A stretch of 64,000 nt of DNA from Syntrophorhabdaceae bacterium. GTDB taxonomy: Bacteria; Desulfobacterota; Syntrophorhabdia; Syntrophorhabdales; Syntrophorhabdaceae. Position numbers and translations under genes: made by a program. The notes below the pieces were generated by a model, which was given only the letters and a program-made list of their open reading frames with translations, searched no databases and was not told where the DNA came from. Position 1 is the first letter of the stretch. The number at the start of each line of letters is the position of its first letter. Shown here piece by piece: positions 46,594 through 56,707 of this stretch. The stretch covers positions 288,001 to 352,000 of the forward strand of contig CAXXUO010000002.1 of the NCBI GenBank assembly GCA_963666485.2. Reading direction: 5' to 3'.

Positions 46594-47796
46594 CTATTTC
46601 TTTGCCATGGGATCGTATATTTTGTCTTTGATAAGGATGCCGGGCAATAGGGCGGCAGCCAGGTATGCAAGTGCGCAGGTGATGATACCCGCTCCGATTG
46701 AGCCTTCTACGGCGATCCAACCGATCATTGCAGGAGAGATGATGGAACCGATACGGCCGGCGTTGTACGATGTTGACATTGCCGTTCCCCGGACAACGGT
46801 GGGAAAGCTCTCGGCAAGGTACGTCGCGTTTATAGCGTATAGCCCCGCGTACAGTCCGCCGTAGATGAGCAGAAGCCATGCCGCGTTGGAACGTGTCGCG
46901 ACGATAATTATAAGCGGTATTGCAAAGCTGATGCACAGCCCGGTTATGACCCACATGCGCCGCCGGCCGAAACGGTCGGCAAGGATACCGATGACCGGCT
47001 TTGCAAGAATACCCATGGTGTAACTGGCAGCGAGGTACCACCCCATATTCTTGAGGTCGACATGGAGGTCCCGTACCAGGTAGCTCGGCAGCCATGTGCT
47101 TCCGCCGTAAAAACCAAACTGGAGAAAGACGGAGGTAATGCTCCAGAGAATGAACGTCCGGCGCAGCGAATTGTTATTCCAGATGATCGCAAATTCATTC
47201 TTTTTCCCGCCTGGCGCCGCCTTATGTGCCGATGACCAGCTCGCAGGGTCGGCGGCCTTTAAGAGCATACCGAGACAGACCATGCCCGGGATCGCCGAGA
47301 TAAAGAACAGGGGCCGCCACCCCCACGATGTGATGACAAGACCGGTAAACAGGGCCGCGATCACATAGCCCGTTGACCATCCGGCGATGAGCACGGACAG
47401 AACGGTGCCGCGTATCTTCGTGGGAACGTACTCGGCGGCGAGAACGTTGCCGACACTGTACACGGCGCCTATCCCCAGGCCGGATATTATCCTCATCGCC
47501 GCTATCTGCCAGTATTCCTGGCATACCCCGATGATCGCGGTGCCCAGGGAAAAAATGAGGACTGACCACCGGATCACGCGAACCCGCCCGATACGGTCGG
47601 CTGCCCATCCTGCCGTGATCCCGCCAATGCCCATTCCGATCAGGGTATACGTCCCCAGCATCCCGGCGAGGACCGTTGATATCTGGAGGTCTTTCATGAG
47701 AACCGGCAAGGCAAGGGCCAGGACCTGCAGATCTATGCCGTCCGCGACCATGGCCAGCGTCACGGCCGTTATGACGAACGCGGACCGCCTGTTCAT
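46594..47796 (-). CDS. MFS transporter, aromatic acid:H+ symporter-like
   Basis: ADGIDLQ, GWAADRIGRV, AEYVP..RG, GILADRFGRR, ESFPT.VRGT; its ATG overlaps the mtxX stop (ATGA). Confidence 0.9.
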   Translation of the reverse strand: MNRRSAFVITAVTLAMVADGIDLQVLALALPVLMKDLQISTVLAGMLGTYTLIGMGIGGITAGWAADRIGRVRVIRWSVLIFSLGTAIIGVCQEYWQIAAMRIISGLGIGAVYSVGNVLAAEYVPTKIRGTVLSVLIAGWSTGYVIAALFTGLVITSWGWRPLFFISAIPGMVCLGMLLKAADPASWSSAHKAAPGGKKNEFAIIWNNNSLRRTFILWSITSVFLQFGFYGGSTWLPSYLVRDLHVDLKNMGWYLAASYTMGILAKPVIGILADRFGRRRMWVITGLCISFAIPLIIIVATRSNAAWLLLIYGGLYAGLYAINATYLAESFPTVVRGTAMSTSYNAGRIGSIISPAMIGWIAVEGSIGAGIITCALAYLAAALLPGILIKDKIYDPMAKK

Positions 47797-48626
47797 TTTT
47801 TTGCAGGCAGGGTTTTTTTCGTTTTTGGCAAACCCGCCAATGCCGACGCACAGCATATCGCGTTATGGTACGTTCTGCCCGCCCGGGATGTGTCCACGTA
47901 AACAAGGTCGGCCCCGACAGCCGGGCCGCCCATTCCGGTCCCCTCCCCCACGAGACACAAAGAGCGGTAGATCAGGTTGCCGCTGATGCCGTCAGGGGCA
48001 AGGATGAAATTGTATTTTTCGATAGCTTCCTCGAAAAGGATATACATGCACGTCGCGTTGTACCCTTTCGCCGTGAGGATATCAGCGGCCTTCTCCGCGC
48101 TGCGTATGCTCCGGTCCGTTACCGCCGACCTGCCGATATCCCCTTTTCTCCCTCCGCCGAGGACCGCGATATTCTCATCGATCCCGAGCCGTCTCATGAG
48201 GTCCGCGCCAAGCTGGCCGAGCCTCACTTTTTCCCTGACCCCCCAGGCGTCATCGATACCGACCGGGGCGAAAAAGAACGGGGTAACATGCGGTGGCTGC
48301 AGTATCGCAAGGCGAAGGAGCTTCCTGATACCGTACTGTTCCTTGAGGGCCTTCATCAAAGGGTTTATGTCAAGGGACCCCCGGACGATGCCTGCCACTT
48401 CCCCTCTTTTGACCATCCCGACGAGTTCTGCCTCGGGGGATTGAGATACGACGTTTTCGATCCCGCCGGCCAGTTTTTCCCGGCTCACGATAACGACACG
48501 GGCGTACCCTAACTCTTGTGCTTTCTCGGCGCTCTCCAGGACCTTCTTTTCGTACCCTTTTTCTGCACCAATGGCGATCCGGGCCCGGGACATCCGTGCC
48601 CGGTCGATGATCAGATCGGTTATCAT
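47793..48626 (-). CDS. mtxX: MtxX / methanogenesis marker protein 4 homologue (phosphate acetyl/butyryltransferase fold)
   Basis: PE..LV..V..G.V...VRGSL, FFFAPVGIDD, AVLGGGR.GD.GRS, IL.EEAI, APDGISGNLIYRSL..VG.G..MGGP, YVDTSRA. Recognised from family memory, not from a search. Confidence 0.85.
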   Translation of the reverse strand: MITDLIIDRARMSRARIAIGAEKGYEKKVLESAEKAQELGYARVVIVSREKLAGGIENVVSQSPEAELVGMVKRGEVAGIVRGSLDINPLMKALKEQYGIRKLLRLAILQPPHVTPFFFAPVGIDDAWGVREKVRLGQLGADLMRRLGIDENIAVLGGGRKGDIGRSAVTDRSIRSAEKAADILTAKGYNATCMYILFEEAIEKYNFILAPDGISGNLIYRSLCLVGEGTGMGGPAVGADLVYVDTSRAGRTYHNAICCASALAGLPKTKKTLPAKK

Positions 48627-48858
48627 GGCCACCCCTTTCATTGTCTCGCACCTCATTATTCCCGAATGGGACAAATCATTTAATACAATTAAAGCATATC
48701 TTTTTTCTCATATCAGGCGAGGCACATGAAATCAATACTTATCTACAACCTTATCCAATTGCGGACTACTCACAAGGTACATGCATGCATGATACATTGG
48801 TCCCCAGATAACCTCCGATGCACTTCAAGCCAGTTAAGAAACCGAAAGAGGAGGCGCA

Positions 48859-50133
48859 ATGAAATTCTTCAGAAATCTCTCTCAAACCCAGCTCATTTTC
48901 ATCGGAATGCTCAGCGGAATGTTGATCGGGTTCGCTTTTCCCGGGATTGGCATCAGGCTTGAAGCGGTCGGAATCATTTTCATTCGGCTCGTAAAGTCGA
49001 TCATTATCCCGATCATTTTCGCGACACTGGTCGTGGGGATCGCCAAACATTCGGACCTGAAGGCTGTCGGAAGGATGGGAATCAAATCACTCATATATTT
49101 CGAAGTGATCACGACAGCGGCACTATTTCTCGGCCTGATAGCCGCAAACATAACAAAACCCGGGCTCGGCATTACACTCGGGGCCAACGGCGGTTCGGGG
49201 GCCGGATTGGGTCCCGCGAAAGAAATGAATATGAAAGACATTATTGTTCATATATTTCCTGACAATTTCTTTGAATCGGCGGCCCGCGGCGATATCATGG
49301 AGGTTGTTGTTTTTACAATACTGTTCGCCATAGCGGTGAGCCTCATCGGCGACAAAAAGAAACCCATAATCGAATTCTGCGAATCGCTTTCTGAGGTCAT
49401 GTTCAAGTACACCGCCATCGTGATGCGCTTCGCACCCGCGGGCGTTGGTGCGTCCATCGCTGCGGTCGTGGCAAGCAAAGGGATCAATGTCCTGTTAAAA
49501 CTGTGCCTGCTCATCGCTACGTTCTACGGTGCCGCGATCGTATTTATCTTCGTAATATTGCTCCCCGTAGCCGTCGTCTTCCGGGTACCGATCAGGCAAT
49601 TCCTGGCGGCGGTCAAAGAGCCCGCAATGATCGCGTTTTCAACGTCCAGTTCGGAGGCGGCCCTGCCGAAAGCGATGGAGAACATGGAAGCCCTCGGGGT
49701 GCCAAGGAGAATAGTCTCGTTCGTGATCCCGACGGGGTATAACTTCAACCTTGACGGAACAACGCTTTACCTGGCGCTTGCGTCCCTATTCGTTGCACAG
49801 GCGGCAGGCATGCACGAAAGCCTGGCCCAGCAGCTCGCCATAGGCTTTACCCTGATGCTGACGAGCAAGGGAGCGGCCGGGGTGCCCCGCGCGTCACTTG
49901 TCGTCCTTGCAGGGACACTGTCATCATTTGGCCTGCCGGTCGAGGGTGTGGCGGTAATCCTTGGCATCGACACGATAATGGATATGGGACGAACTGCGAT
50001 CAACGTAACGGGAAATTGCCTGGCGACCGTGATCATTGCAAAATGGGAAGGCGTATTCCGCAACGACACTGACGCTGTACCGGAAGAAATAGTCGCAGAA
50101 ACTCGAGAGGCCTGCGAGGCGCTGGACGGGTAA
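48859..50133 (+). CDS. dicarboxylate/amino acid:cation symporter (GltP/DctA family)
   Basis: FIRLVKSII.P, AFSTSSSEAALP, PTGYNFNLDGT, LTSKGAAGVP, DMGRTAINV.GN. Confidence 0.95.
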   Translation: MKFFRNLSQTQLIFIGMLSGMLIGFAFPGIGIRLEAVGIIFIRLVKSIIIPIIFATLVVGIAKHSDLKAVGRMGIKSLIYFEVITTAALFLGLIAANITKPGLGITLGANGGSGAGLGPAKEMNMKDIIVHIFPDNFFESAARGDIMEVVVFTILFAIAVSLIGDKKKPIIEFCESLSEVMFKYTAIVMRFAPAGVGASIAAVVASKGINVLLKLCLLIATFYGAAIVFIFVILLPVAVVFRVPIRQFLAAVKEPAMIAFSTSSSEAALPKAMENMEALGVPRRIVSFVIPTGYNFNLDGTTLYLALASLFVAQAAGMHESLAQQLAIGFTLMLTSKGAAGVPRASLVVLAGTLSSFGLPVEGVAVILGIDTIMDMGRTAINVTGNCLATVIIAKWEGVFRNDTDAVPEEIVAETREACEALDG

Positions 50134-50343
50134 ACCTGCGACGACCCCATCATCATTATCGGTCCACAGGCAACTACAGGATGCAATGACAGACAAGCGT
50201 GGGTGCGCCAAGCGATAATTTGGGCCATACAAGGCACGCATGTGCTGCGGGAAATGAAACAGCGTATTCCGGGTTCGGAAAATAAAACACAAAATTGAAG
50301 CAATCCAAAAACGATCCGGGTCTTCGCTGATTGCGGAGGAGAA

Positions 50344-51786
50344 ATGAATCTATTCGGCCCCCTGCTCAAACGGGAGCATGGCAAAAAACAGCCTTTCATG
50401 CCTCTTGGCCCTTTTGAATTGAGGCTGCCGTTCATACATTACCGGTTCGAGGCAGCCGATTTCACACAGGGCCTCATTATGTGCGCCGTCTGCCTCGGCA
50501 TTATCCCTATATTGATGGATTACCTCGGGATGCCTTTCGAGGTGGCCATCACCATCGTGATATTGAATGGTTTCCTGTATCTCTGGCATGCGCATCTGGG
50601 GGATCCGGTCGTACCGGGCTGGATCACCCCTGCCATACCCCTCCTTCTTTTGTGGCTCAAATCGTTTCCCGAGGGCGTGCCCCGAATGCACGCCCTCATT
50701 GCATTTGAATGCGAACTGGGCGTCATCGCCTTTATCCTCGGGGTGACGGGCCTCGCGAAACGGCTCGTCGATCTCGTCCCGGACGCGCTGAAAGCGGGCA
50801 TATTGCTTGGAGCCGGGGTCGCGGCGGTGCGGCTCGTGTTTGAAACGGGCGGACGCTTCGACAGTTATCCCTGGACCATAACGATCGCGCTCGGCCTGGC
50901 TTTCTATATTCTCTTCTCCAACCATTTCAAGAACCTTCGCACGCGCTATAAATTCCTGGGTTTCGTCTCAAATCTCGGGCTCATACCGCCGATGCTCCTG
51001 GCCATCATCATTGCCCCCGTCCTGGGCGAGCTTCCCTGGCCTGATATAAAGTGGGGATTTACCGTTCCCCAGTTCGGGACCCTGTTCAGGGAATGGACGC
51101 CCTTCGCCGGGCGGATCGGCTTTCCGCCGCTTTCCTTGTACCTTTCCGCTGCACCGCTCGTTGCGGCGGTCTATATCATTCTCTTCGGAGAACTGATCCA
51201 GGCCGATGCGTTGATCGATGAGGCACGCGAATTCCGCGGCAGCGACGAGAACATCCACTTTGATGCAAACCGCAATAATGTGATCCTCGGCCTGAGAAAT
51301 ATGGTCATGTCGTTTTTCGGGCCCGATGCATCGATGTGCGGCCCTATGTGGGCAGCCATGCAGGTCGTGGAATGCGAGCGCTACAAACACGGTCAGAAGG
51401 CGATGAACTCGATCTTCGGAGGCGTTGCGTCATTCAGATGGGGAACATTCACCGGGTATTTCTTTCTTCCCATCGTGACCCTCGTCAAACCGATCCTTCC
51501 CATAGCACTTTCCCTGACCATGCTTGTACAGGGTTATGTTGCGGTAAGAGTGGGGATACTCAAGGCGCGCACCTTCAACGACCTCGGTGTGGCCGGGATA
51601 GTCGGGGCGGTCCTGATAACACGCGGTGCCGCGTACGCCTTCGGCGTGGGGGTCGTTTTGTGCGCCCTTGTGTACGGCAGGGATTTTTTCAGGAGATGGC
51701 ACAGGTACGACACGGTCAAAGACCCCGTTTTTAATTGCCGCGTCGCGGAAGATACCGTCGAATTGGCCCCGGTCGAAAACGATTGA
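50344..51786 (+). CDS. polytopic membrane protein, probable NCS2/SLC23-like permease
   Basis: 480 aa, many TM segments; RLPFIHYR.E, LGDPVVPGWITP, YIILFG, GPMWAA; co-oriented with abfD. Confidence 0.7.
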   Translation: MNLFGPLLKREHGKKQPFMPLGPFELRLPFIHYRFEAADFTQGLIMCAVCLGIIPILMDYLGMPFEVAITIVILNGFLYLWHAHLGDPVVPGWITPAIPLLLLWLKSFPEGVPRMHALIAFECELGVIAFILGVTGLAKRLVDLVPDALKAGILLGAGVAAVRLVFETGGRFDSYPWTITIALGLAFYILFSNHFKNLRTRYKFLGFVSNLGLIPPMLLAIIIAPVLGELPWPDIKWGFTVPQFGTLFREWTPFAGRIGFPPLSLYLSAAPLVAAVYIILFGELIQADALIDEAREFRGSDENIHFDANRNNVILGLRNMVMSFFGPDASMCGPMWAAMQVVECERYKHGQKAMNSIFGGVASFRWGTFTGYFFLPIVTLVKPILPIALSLTMLVQGYVAVRVGILKARTFNDLGVAGIVGAVLITRGAAYAFGVGVVLCALVYGRDFFRRWHRYDTVKDPVFNCRVAEDTVELAPVEND

Positions 51787-51817
51787 TATCAGATATGATA
51801 GATCTGGAGGTATAAAG

Positions 51818-53338
51818 ATGCCGTTGAAAACACCCGAGCAATACGAGCAGAGCCTGCGTTCCATGAAATTCAACCTCTACCTGATGGGAGAACGCGTCCG
51901 GGGTGTCGTCGACCACCCCATTGTAAGACCTTCGATGAATTCCGTTAAAATGACGTATGCCCTCGCCCGGGACCCGGCCCACGAGGATATTATGACAGCA
52001 ACGTCCCACCTGACGGGACAGAAGATAAACCGTTTTTGCCATTTACACCAGGGGACCGATGACCTTGTTAAAAAGGTCAAGATGCAGAGACTCCTCGGAC
52101 AGATGACGGGATCATGTTTCCAGAGGTGCGTCGGCATGGATGCAATGAATGCCGTCGACAGCACGACCTGGGAGATGGACGCAGCGCTCGGCACCGTCTA
52201 CCACGAAAGGTTTCTGAACTTTCTCGAGATGGTCCAGGCAGACGATCTCGTAGTTGACGGGGCCATGACTGACGTAAAGGGCGATCGATCGCTTTCACCG
52301 TGCCGGCAGGCGGACCCGGACATGTTCTGCCGCGTTGTCGAGCGTTTAGGCCACGGGATCATCGTACGGGGCTGCAAGGCCCACCAGACCGGTGCGCTCA
52401 ATTCACACTGGGTCCTTGCAATGCCCACCATAACGATGAGCGGCGATGATAAAGATTATGCGTTGTGCTTTGCGGCGCCGGCCGATGCAGAGGGCATTAC
52501 ATATATCTACGGGCGACAGTCCTGCGACACGCGCAAGCTCGAGGGCGGCGCGCTCGATGCCGGGAACACGGTGTTCGGCGGTCACGAAGCGATGATGATC
52601 TTCGATGACGTTTTCATCCCCTGGGAAAATGTTTTTATGTGCGGTGAACATGAATTCACCGGCATGCTCGTCGAACGCTTCGCCGGGTACCATCGGCAAA
52701 GTTACGGGGGATGCAAGGTGGGTGTCGGCGATGTCCTGATAGGGGCAGCCGCCCTGGCGGCTGAATTCAACGGTGCGTCAAAGGCGTCTCACATAAAGGA
52801 CAAGATCATTGAAATGGTGCATCTCAATGAATCACTCTTCTCCTGCGGCATCGCCTGTTCTGCCGAAGGCTCGCCTACCGGCTCGGGAACATACCTTATC
52901 GACCTCCTGCTCGCAAATGTCTGTAAGCAGAATGTCACCCGTTTCCCGTACGAAATAGCCCGGCTGGCAGAGGACATCGCGGGGGGTCTCATGGTCACCA
53001 TGCCATCGGAAAAAGATCTCAACCACCCTGTCGCCGGGAAATATATCAGGAAATACCTCGCCGGGGATGCCGCGGTGCCGGTGGAAGACCGGCTGCGGAT
53101 CTTAAGGCTCATAGAAAATATGACGCTGGGGACTGCGGCCGTAGGCTACCGGACCGAATCGATGCATGGGGCCGGTTCGCCGCAGGCACAGCGCATTATG
53201 ATCTCCCGGCAGTGTGAGCTCGATCGCAAAAAAGAGCTTGCCCGCGTGATCGCCGGCATCGGTGAAACGTCGTGCCCCGCCGCCTCGTTTGACCCGGCAA
53301 TGAGCGGACAGGCACCATTCAACAATTATGAGGAATAA
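51818..53338 (+). CDS. abfD: 4-hydroxybutyryl-CoA dehydratase / vinylacetyl-CoA isomerase
   Basis: CFQRCVGMDA (Fe-S Cys), GAMTDVKGDR, KAHQTG, YGRQSCDTRK, YHRQSYGGCK, RTESMHGAGSPQAQR; start set to MPLKT after GGAGG. Confidence 0.93.
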   Translation: MPLKTPEQYEQSLRSMKFNLYLMGERVRGVVDHPIVRPSMNSVKMTYALARDPAHEDIMTATSHLTGQKINRFCHLHQGTDDLVKKVKMQRLLGQMTGSCFQRCVGMDAMNAVDSTTWEMDAALGTVYHERFLNFLEMVQADDLVVDGAMTDVKGDRSLSPCRQADPDMFCRVVERLGHGIIVRGCKAHQTGALNSHWVLAMPTITMSGDDKDYALCFAAPADAEGITYIYGRQSCDTRKLEGGALDAGNTVFGGHEAMMIFDDVFIPWENVFMCGEHEFTGMLVERFAGYHRQSYGGCKVGVGDVLIGAAALAAEFNGASKASHIKDKIIEMVHLNESLFSCGIACSAEGSPTGSGTYLIDLLLANVCKQNVTRFPYEIARLAEDIAGGLMVTMPSEKDLNHPVAGKYIRKYLAGDAAVPVEDRLRILRLIENMTLGTAAVGYRTESMHGAGSPQAQRIMISRQCELDRKKELARVIAGIGETSCPAASFDPAMSGQAPFNNYEE

Positions 53339-53339
53339 T

Positions 53340-54632
53340 ATGGCCGACACATGGAGAAGCACGTATCGCAAAAAAATAATGAGTACCGAGGGGGCCCTTC
53401 GGGCCGTAAAAGACGGTGACCGCGTTGTTGTCGGACATGCGTGCGGCGAACCGCAGGCACTCGTCAAGGCGCTTGTCGGACGGGCGGCCAGATTGAATGA
53501 TGTAGAGGTCGTCCATATGGTCGCGCTCGGTCCTGCGGAATATGCCCAGAGCGGAATGGAAGGAAGGTTCCGGCACAACTCCTTTTTCGTGGGAGCCGCC
53601 AGCCGTAAGGCCGTCTCGGAAGGCAGGGCCAGGTTCACCCCCTGTTTTTTCTCAGAGATACCCCGGCTTTTTCAGAGTGGCATCCTTCCGGTGGATGTGA
53701 CGCTTATGCAGGTCGCGCCGCCCGATCCCAAAGGGTTCTGCAGTCTTGGCGTATCCGTCGACTACACGCTGGCATCCGCGCGGTCCGACCGGATAACCAT
53801 CGCGCAGGTCAACGCGCATATGCCGCGCACCCGCGGCGAGAAGATCCATCTCGATGAGATCGACATCATTGTGGAACACGACGAGCCGATAATCGAGATA
53901 CTGCCGCCGAAGATAGGACCTGTCGAACGTGCCATCGGTGAAAACATAGCGGGGCTCATAGAGGACGGATCGACGCTTCAGCTCGGGATAGGAGGCATCC
54001 CCGATGCGGTCCTGCTCTTTCTGGGACACAAGAAAGACCTCGGCATCCACAGCGAGATGTTCTCGGATGGGGTTATGGAACTTGCAAGGGCCGGGGTGAT
54101 AAACAACAGGAAGAAAACGATAAATCCCCGCAAGTTCGTGGCGACATTCCTGATGGGTACGCGAAAACTTTACGATTTTGTCGATGACAACCCCGATATC
54201 ATGATGAGAACGGTGGATTATACGAATGATGTGCATATAATCGGGCAGCACGAAAGAATGGTCTCGATCAATTCGGCGATCCAGGTCGATTTCATGGGAC
54301 AGGTCAATGCCGAGATGATCGGCAAGGACCAGTTCAGCGGGGTCGGGGGCCAGGTCGATTTTGTCCGCGGAGCGAGCCGTTCCCGAGGGGGAAAATCGAT
54401 CATAGCCCTACCCTCGACGGCCCGGAACGGAGAGGTCTCGCGTATCGTGCCCCATCTCGACACAGGCGCAGCGGTCACAACGTCGCGCGGAGATGTCCAG
54501 TTCATCGTCACGGAGTACGGAGTGGCCGACCTGAGGGGGAAAAGCCTGTGTCAGCGGGCCGACGAGCTTATCAGGATCGCCCACCCTGATTTTCGGTATA
54601 ACCTTTCATGCCTGGCCGCCGGGGTCGTCTGA
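53340..54632 (+). CDS. cat2: 4-hydroxybutyrate CoA-transferase (Cat2/AbfT; acetyl-CoA hydrolase/transferase family)
   Basis: GHACGEP, G.CSLGVSVDY, LQLGIGGIPDA, LGIHSEMFSDG (catalytic Glu), SGVGGQVDF.RGA, VTEYGVADLRGK, IAHPDFR; directly follows abfD. Confidence 0.88.
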   Translation: MADTWRSTYRKKIMSTEGALRAVKDGDRVVVGHACGEPQALVKALVGRAARLNDVEVVHMVALGPAEYAQSGMEGRFRHNSFFVGAASRKAVSEGRARFTPCFFSEIPRLFQSGILPVDVTLMQVAPPDPKGFCSLGVSVDYTLASARSDRITIAQVNAHMPRTRGEKIHLDEIDIIVEHDEPIIEILPPKIGPVERAIGENIAGLIEDGSTLQLGIGGIPDAVLLFLGHKKDLGIHSEMFSDGVMELARAGVINNRKKTINPRKFVATFLMGTRKLYDFVDDNPDIMMRTVDYTNDVHIIGQHERMVSINSAIQVDFMGQVNAEMIGKDQFSGVGGQVDFVRGASRSRGGKSIIALPSTARNGEVSRIVPHLDTGAAVTTSRGDVQFIVTEYGVADLRGKSLCQRADELIRIAHPDFRYNLSCLAAGVV

Positions 54633-54929
54633 TATTTAAATTGCAGACTACATAAGGATATGAGACTGAGCGTCAGATTACTGCGCCCTTCTCTGATATA
54701 AATTGAACAGGATAAACGCTGCCATCCATGGTGAGGGAGAAGATACCCCAACGTCAGGACCCAACCAGACCACTCCCTCACCAATCTTTTTATCCCCGCC
54801 GAAATCGGGAACCTCGGGAATGTAACGATGACCGCCCGCATACCCCGGACCTCAGGGCAAGCTTCCGCGGCGTGCTGTATCGCTGTATTCCTGTTGTGTG
54901 GGTCAGATTACTGTAATCCGCGATAGCCC

Positions 54930-55139
54930 TTATTCGACCGCCAGGGAAACGTCAATGGCCTTTATGAGCACTACTACGCGTTTTCCCTGTTTAAGTCCCA
55001 TTTCTTCCAGCTTCTTCGTACTGACAGCGGACCTGACATCGCATCCGGGATCAAGTTCTATCAGGGCCTCACTCAACGGCCCTTCCGAGGCTGTTACTTT
55101 CACGGTCCCTTTCAAGACATTGTGCATGCTGAATTTCAT
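54930..55139 (-). CDS. TOBE-domain molybdate-binding protein (Mop/ModG-like)
   Basis: MKFS..N.LKG.V ... S.VS...L..MGLK.G..V..LIKA.DV; GAGGGGAG RBS. Confidence 0.85.
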   Translation of the reverse strand: MKFSMHNVLKGTVKVTASEGPLSEALIELDPGCDVRSAVSTKKLEEMGLKQGKRVVVLIKAIDVSLAVE

Positions 55140-55218
55140 AGTGTCTCCCCTCTCGTTTTGGATTCTGGATAGAAAAATTATATAGAATCCTGCAAAAATG
55201 TACAGGGGGAAATATTCA

Positions 55219-56532
55219 TCACGGCTCGCGTTCTTTTTTCTCCTCTTTGATCCACCCGAGCTTGTGGAATACGCCCAGGGTGAAGCTCAACGCCATCGCG
55301 GAGAATGCGCTCAGGGCCATCCCTTTGATCTCTACGGCGCCCCATCGAATGACGATGCCGCTCACACCGATTATCAAGGGGACCGATGTCAGGACAAGAT
55401 TCACGGGTTTGCCATAATTGACGCGCTGTTGTATAAGCAGGCGAATACCGGCGCTCGCGATAATTCCAAAAAGAAACAGGGATACCCCGCCCATGACGGG
55501 AGACGGGATGCTGCGAATAAGGGCGGAGATCTTACCGATAAAGGAACTCGCAATGGCAAGGCAGGCGGTGCCGCCCAAGACCCACGTGCTGAAGACCCGT
55601 GTAATTGCGAGGACCCCTATGTTCTCCCCGTATGTTGTGTTCGCTGTAGCACCGGCCAGCCCGGACAGAATATTCGCTATCCCATCCCCGAGCAAGGACC
55701 TGTGGATCCCCGGGTTTTTGATAAAATCCCTGCCCACGATATTCCCCGTAACAACGAGATGGCCTATATGTTCTGCAAGGGTCACGAAATACGCCGGGAC
55801 CATGATCAGGACCGCGGCGGCATTGAAGCTGGGCCGGTAAAATGTGGGCACGTGAAACCAGGGCGCGGTGAAAACGGGTGAAATATCGACCAGGCCTGCC
55901 GTGCAGGCACAGCAATAACCGGAAAGAACACCGAGAAGTATCGGGATGGCAGACAGAAACCCCCGCAGCAGGACCGATGCAAAAACAGTGGCGATGAAGG
56001 TGAAGATCGCCACACATTGCATTGTAGAGCTTTCCGGACCGGCATTCCCCGTAAAACCTGATAAGCGGGCGGCAATCGGGGCAAGTTCAAGGCCGATGAC
56101 CAGGACTATCGATCCCATCGCAGCAGGGGGAAAAAGAGCGTTAAGCCATTGTACGCCCGTGCGGTAAACCAGGAAGGAAAGAAAAATAAAAAATAACCCG
56201 AATACGATAAAAGCGCCTTGCGCCCCGCCGTAGCCTCCCATGCCGGGTGAGGCCACAATGATGAGGACAGGCGGCACAAAAGCAAAGCTGGAGCCAAGAT
56301 AGGAAGGGATGCGCCAATCCGACACCCACAGGTAAATGAGGGTCCCCACTCCGTTCATTAACAGTGCAATAGACGGGTCCACATTGCAAAGGCAAGGCAC
56401 GATAACCGTTGCTCCAAACATCGCAAGGAGATGCTGCAGGCTTAATGGTATCGTACGAAGCACCGGAAGTTTTTGCTCTACCGGTATGAAAGACGGTTCA
56501 TCTTTGTGTATGGGTATTATCTTTTGGTCCAT
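55219..56532 (-). CDS. uraA: uracil permease (NCS2)
   Basis: LSLQHL.AMFGAT, YLGSSFAF, AEHIGH, G.HRSL.GDG, NTTYGENIGVLAITRV, P.PVMGGVS. Confidence 0.9.
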   Translation of the reverse strand: MDQKIIPIHKDEPSFIPVEQKLPVLRTIPLSLQHLLAMFGATVIVPCLCNVDPSIALLMNGVGTLIYLWVSDWRIPSYLGSSFAFVPPVLIIVASPGMGGYGGAQGAFIVFGLFFIFLSFLVYRTGVQWLNALFPPAAMGSIVLVIGLELAPIAARLSGFTGNAGPESSTMQCVAIFTFIATVFASVLLRGFLSAIPILLGVLSGYCCACTAGLVDISPVFTAPWFHVPTFYRPSFNAAAVLIMVPAYFVTLAEHIGHLVVTGNIVGRDFIKNPGIHRSLLGDGIANILSGLAGATANTTYGENIGVLAITRVFSTWVLGGTACLAIASSFIGKISALIRSIPSPVMGGVSLFLFGIIASAGIRLLIQQRVNYGKPVNLVLTSVPLIIGVSGIVIRWGAVEIKGMALSAFSAMALSFTLGVFHKLGWIKEEKKEREP

Positions 56533-56707
56533 CTTGAATTCACGAACGATAATTCCCCCTGCAATCGGGAACAGGCGGGCTCAGTTCTATAATGAGAGAC
56601 TCTATTTGATTAACATATCAGTAAAGGTCTGGATGTAATCATGTATAAGATATGAGCGTGGTTCACTATTGATTTCAATTGCGCCGCGGGGTCAATGGGG
56701 CGCTTTT

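Noticed and set aside
51626..51817. N-terminal extension of abfD, and similar extensions on SSADH, cfa, S2P, HU and the response regulators
   Set aside because: They overlap upstream genes or lack an RBS; downstream starts have an RBS and match family N-termini.
56533..56707. PyrR attenuator upstream of uraA
   Set aside because: No recognisable PyrR-binding loop or terminator/antiterminator pair.
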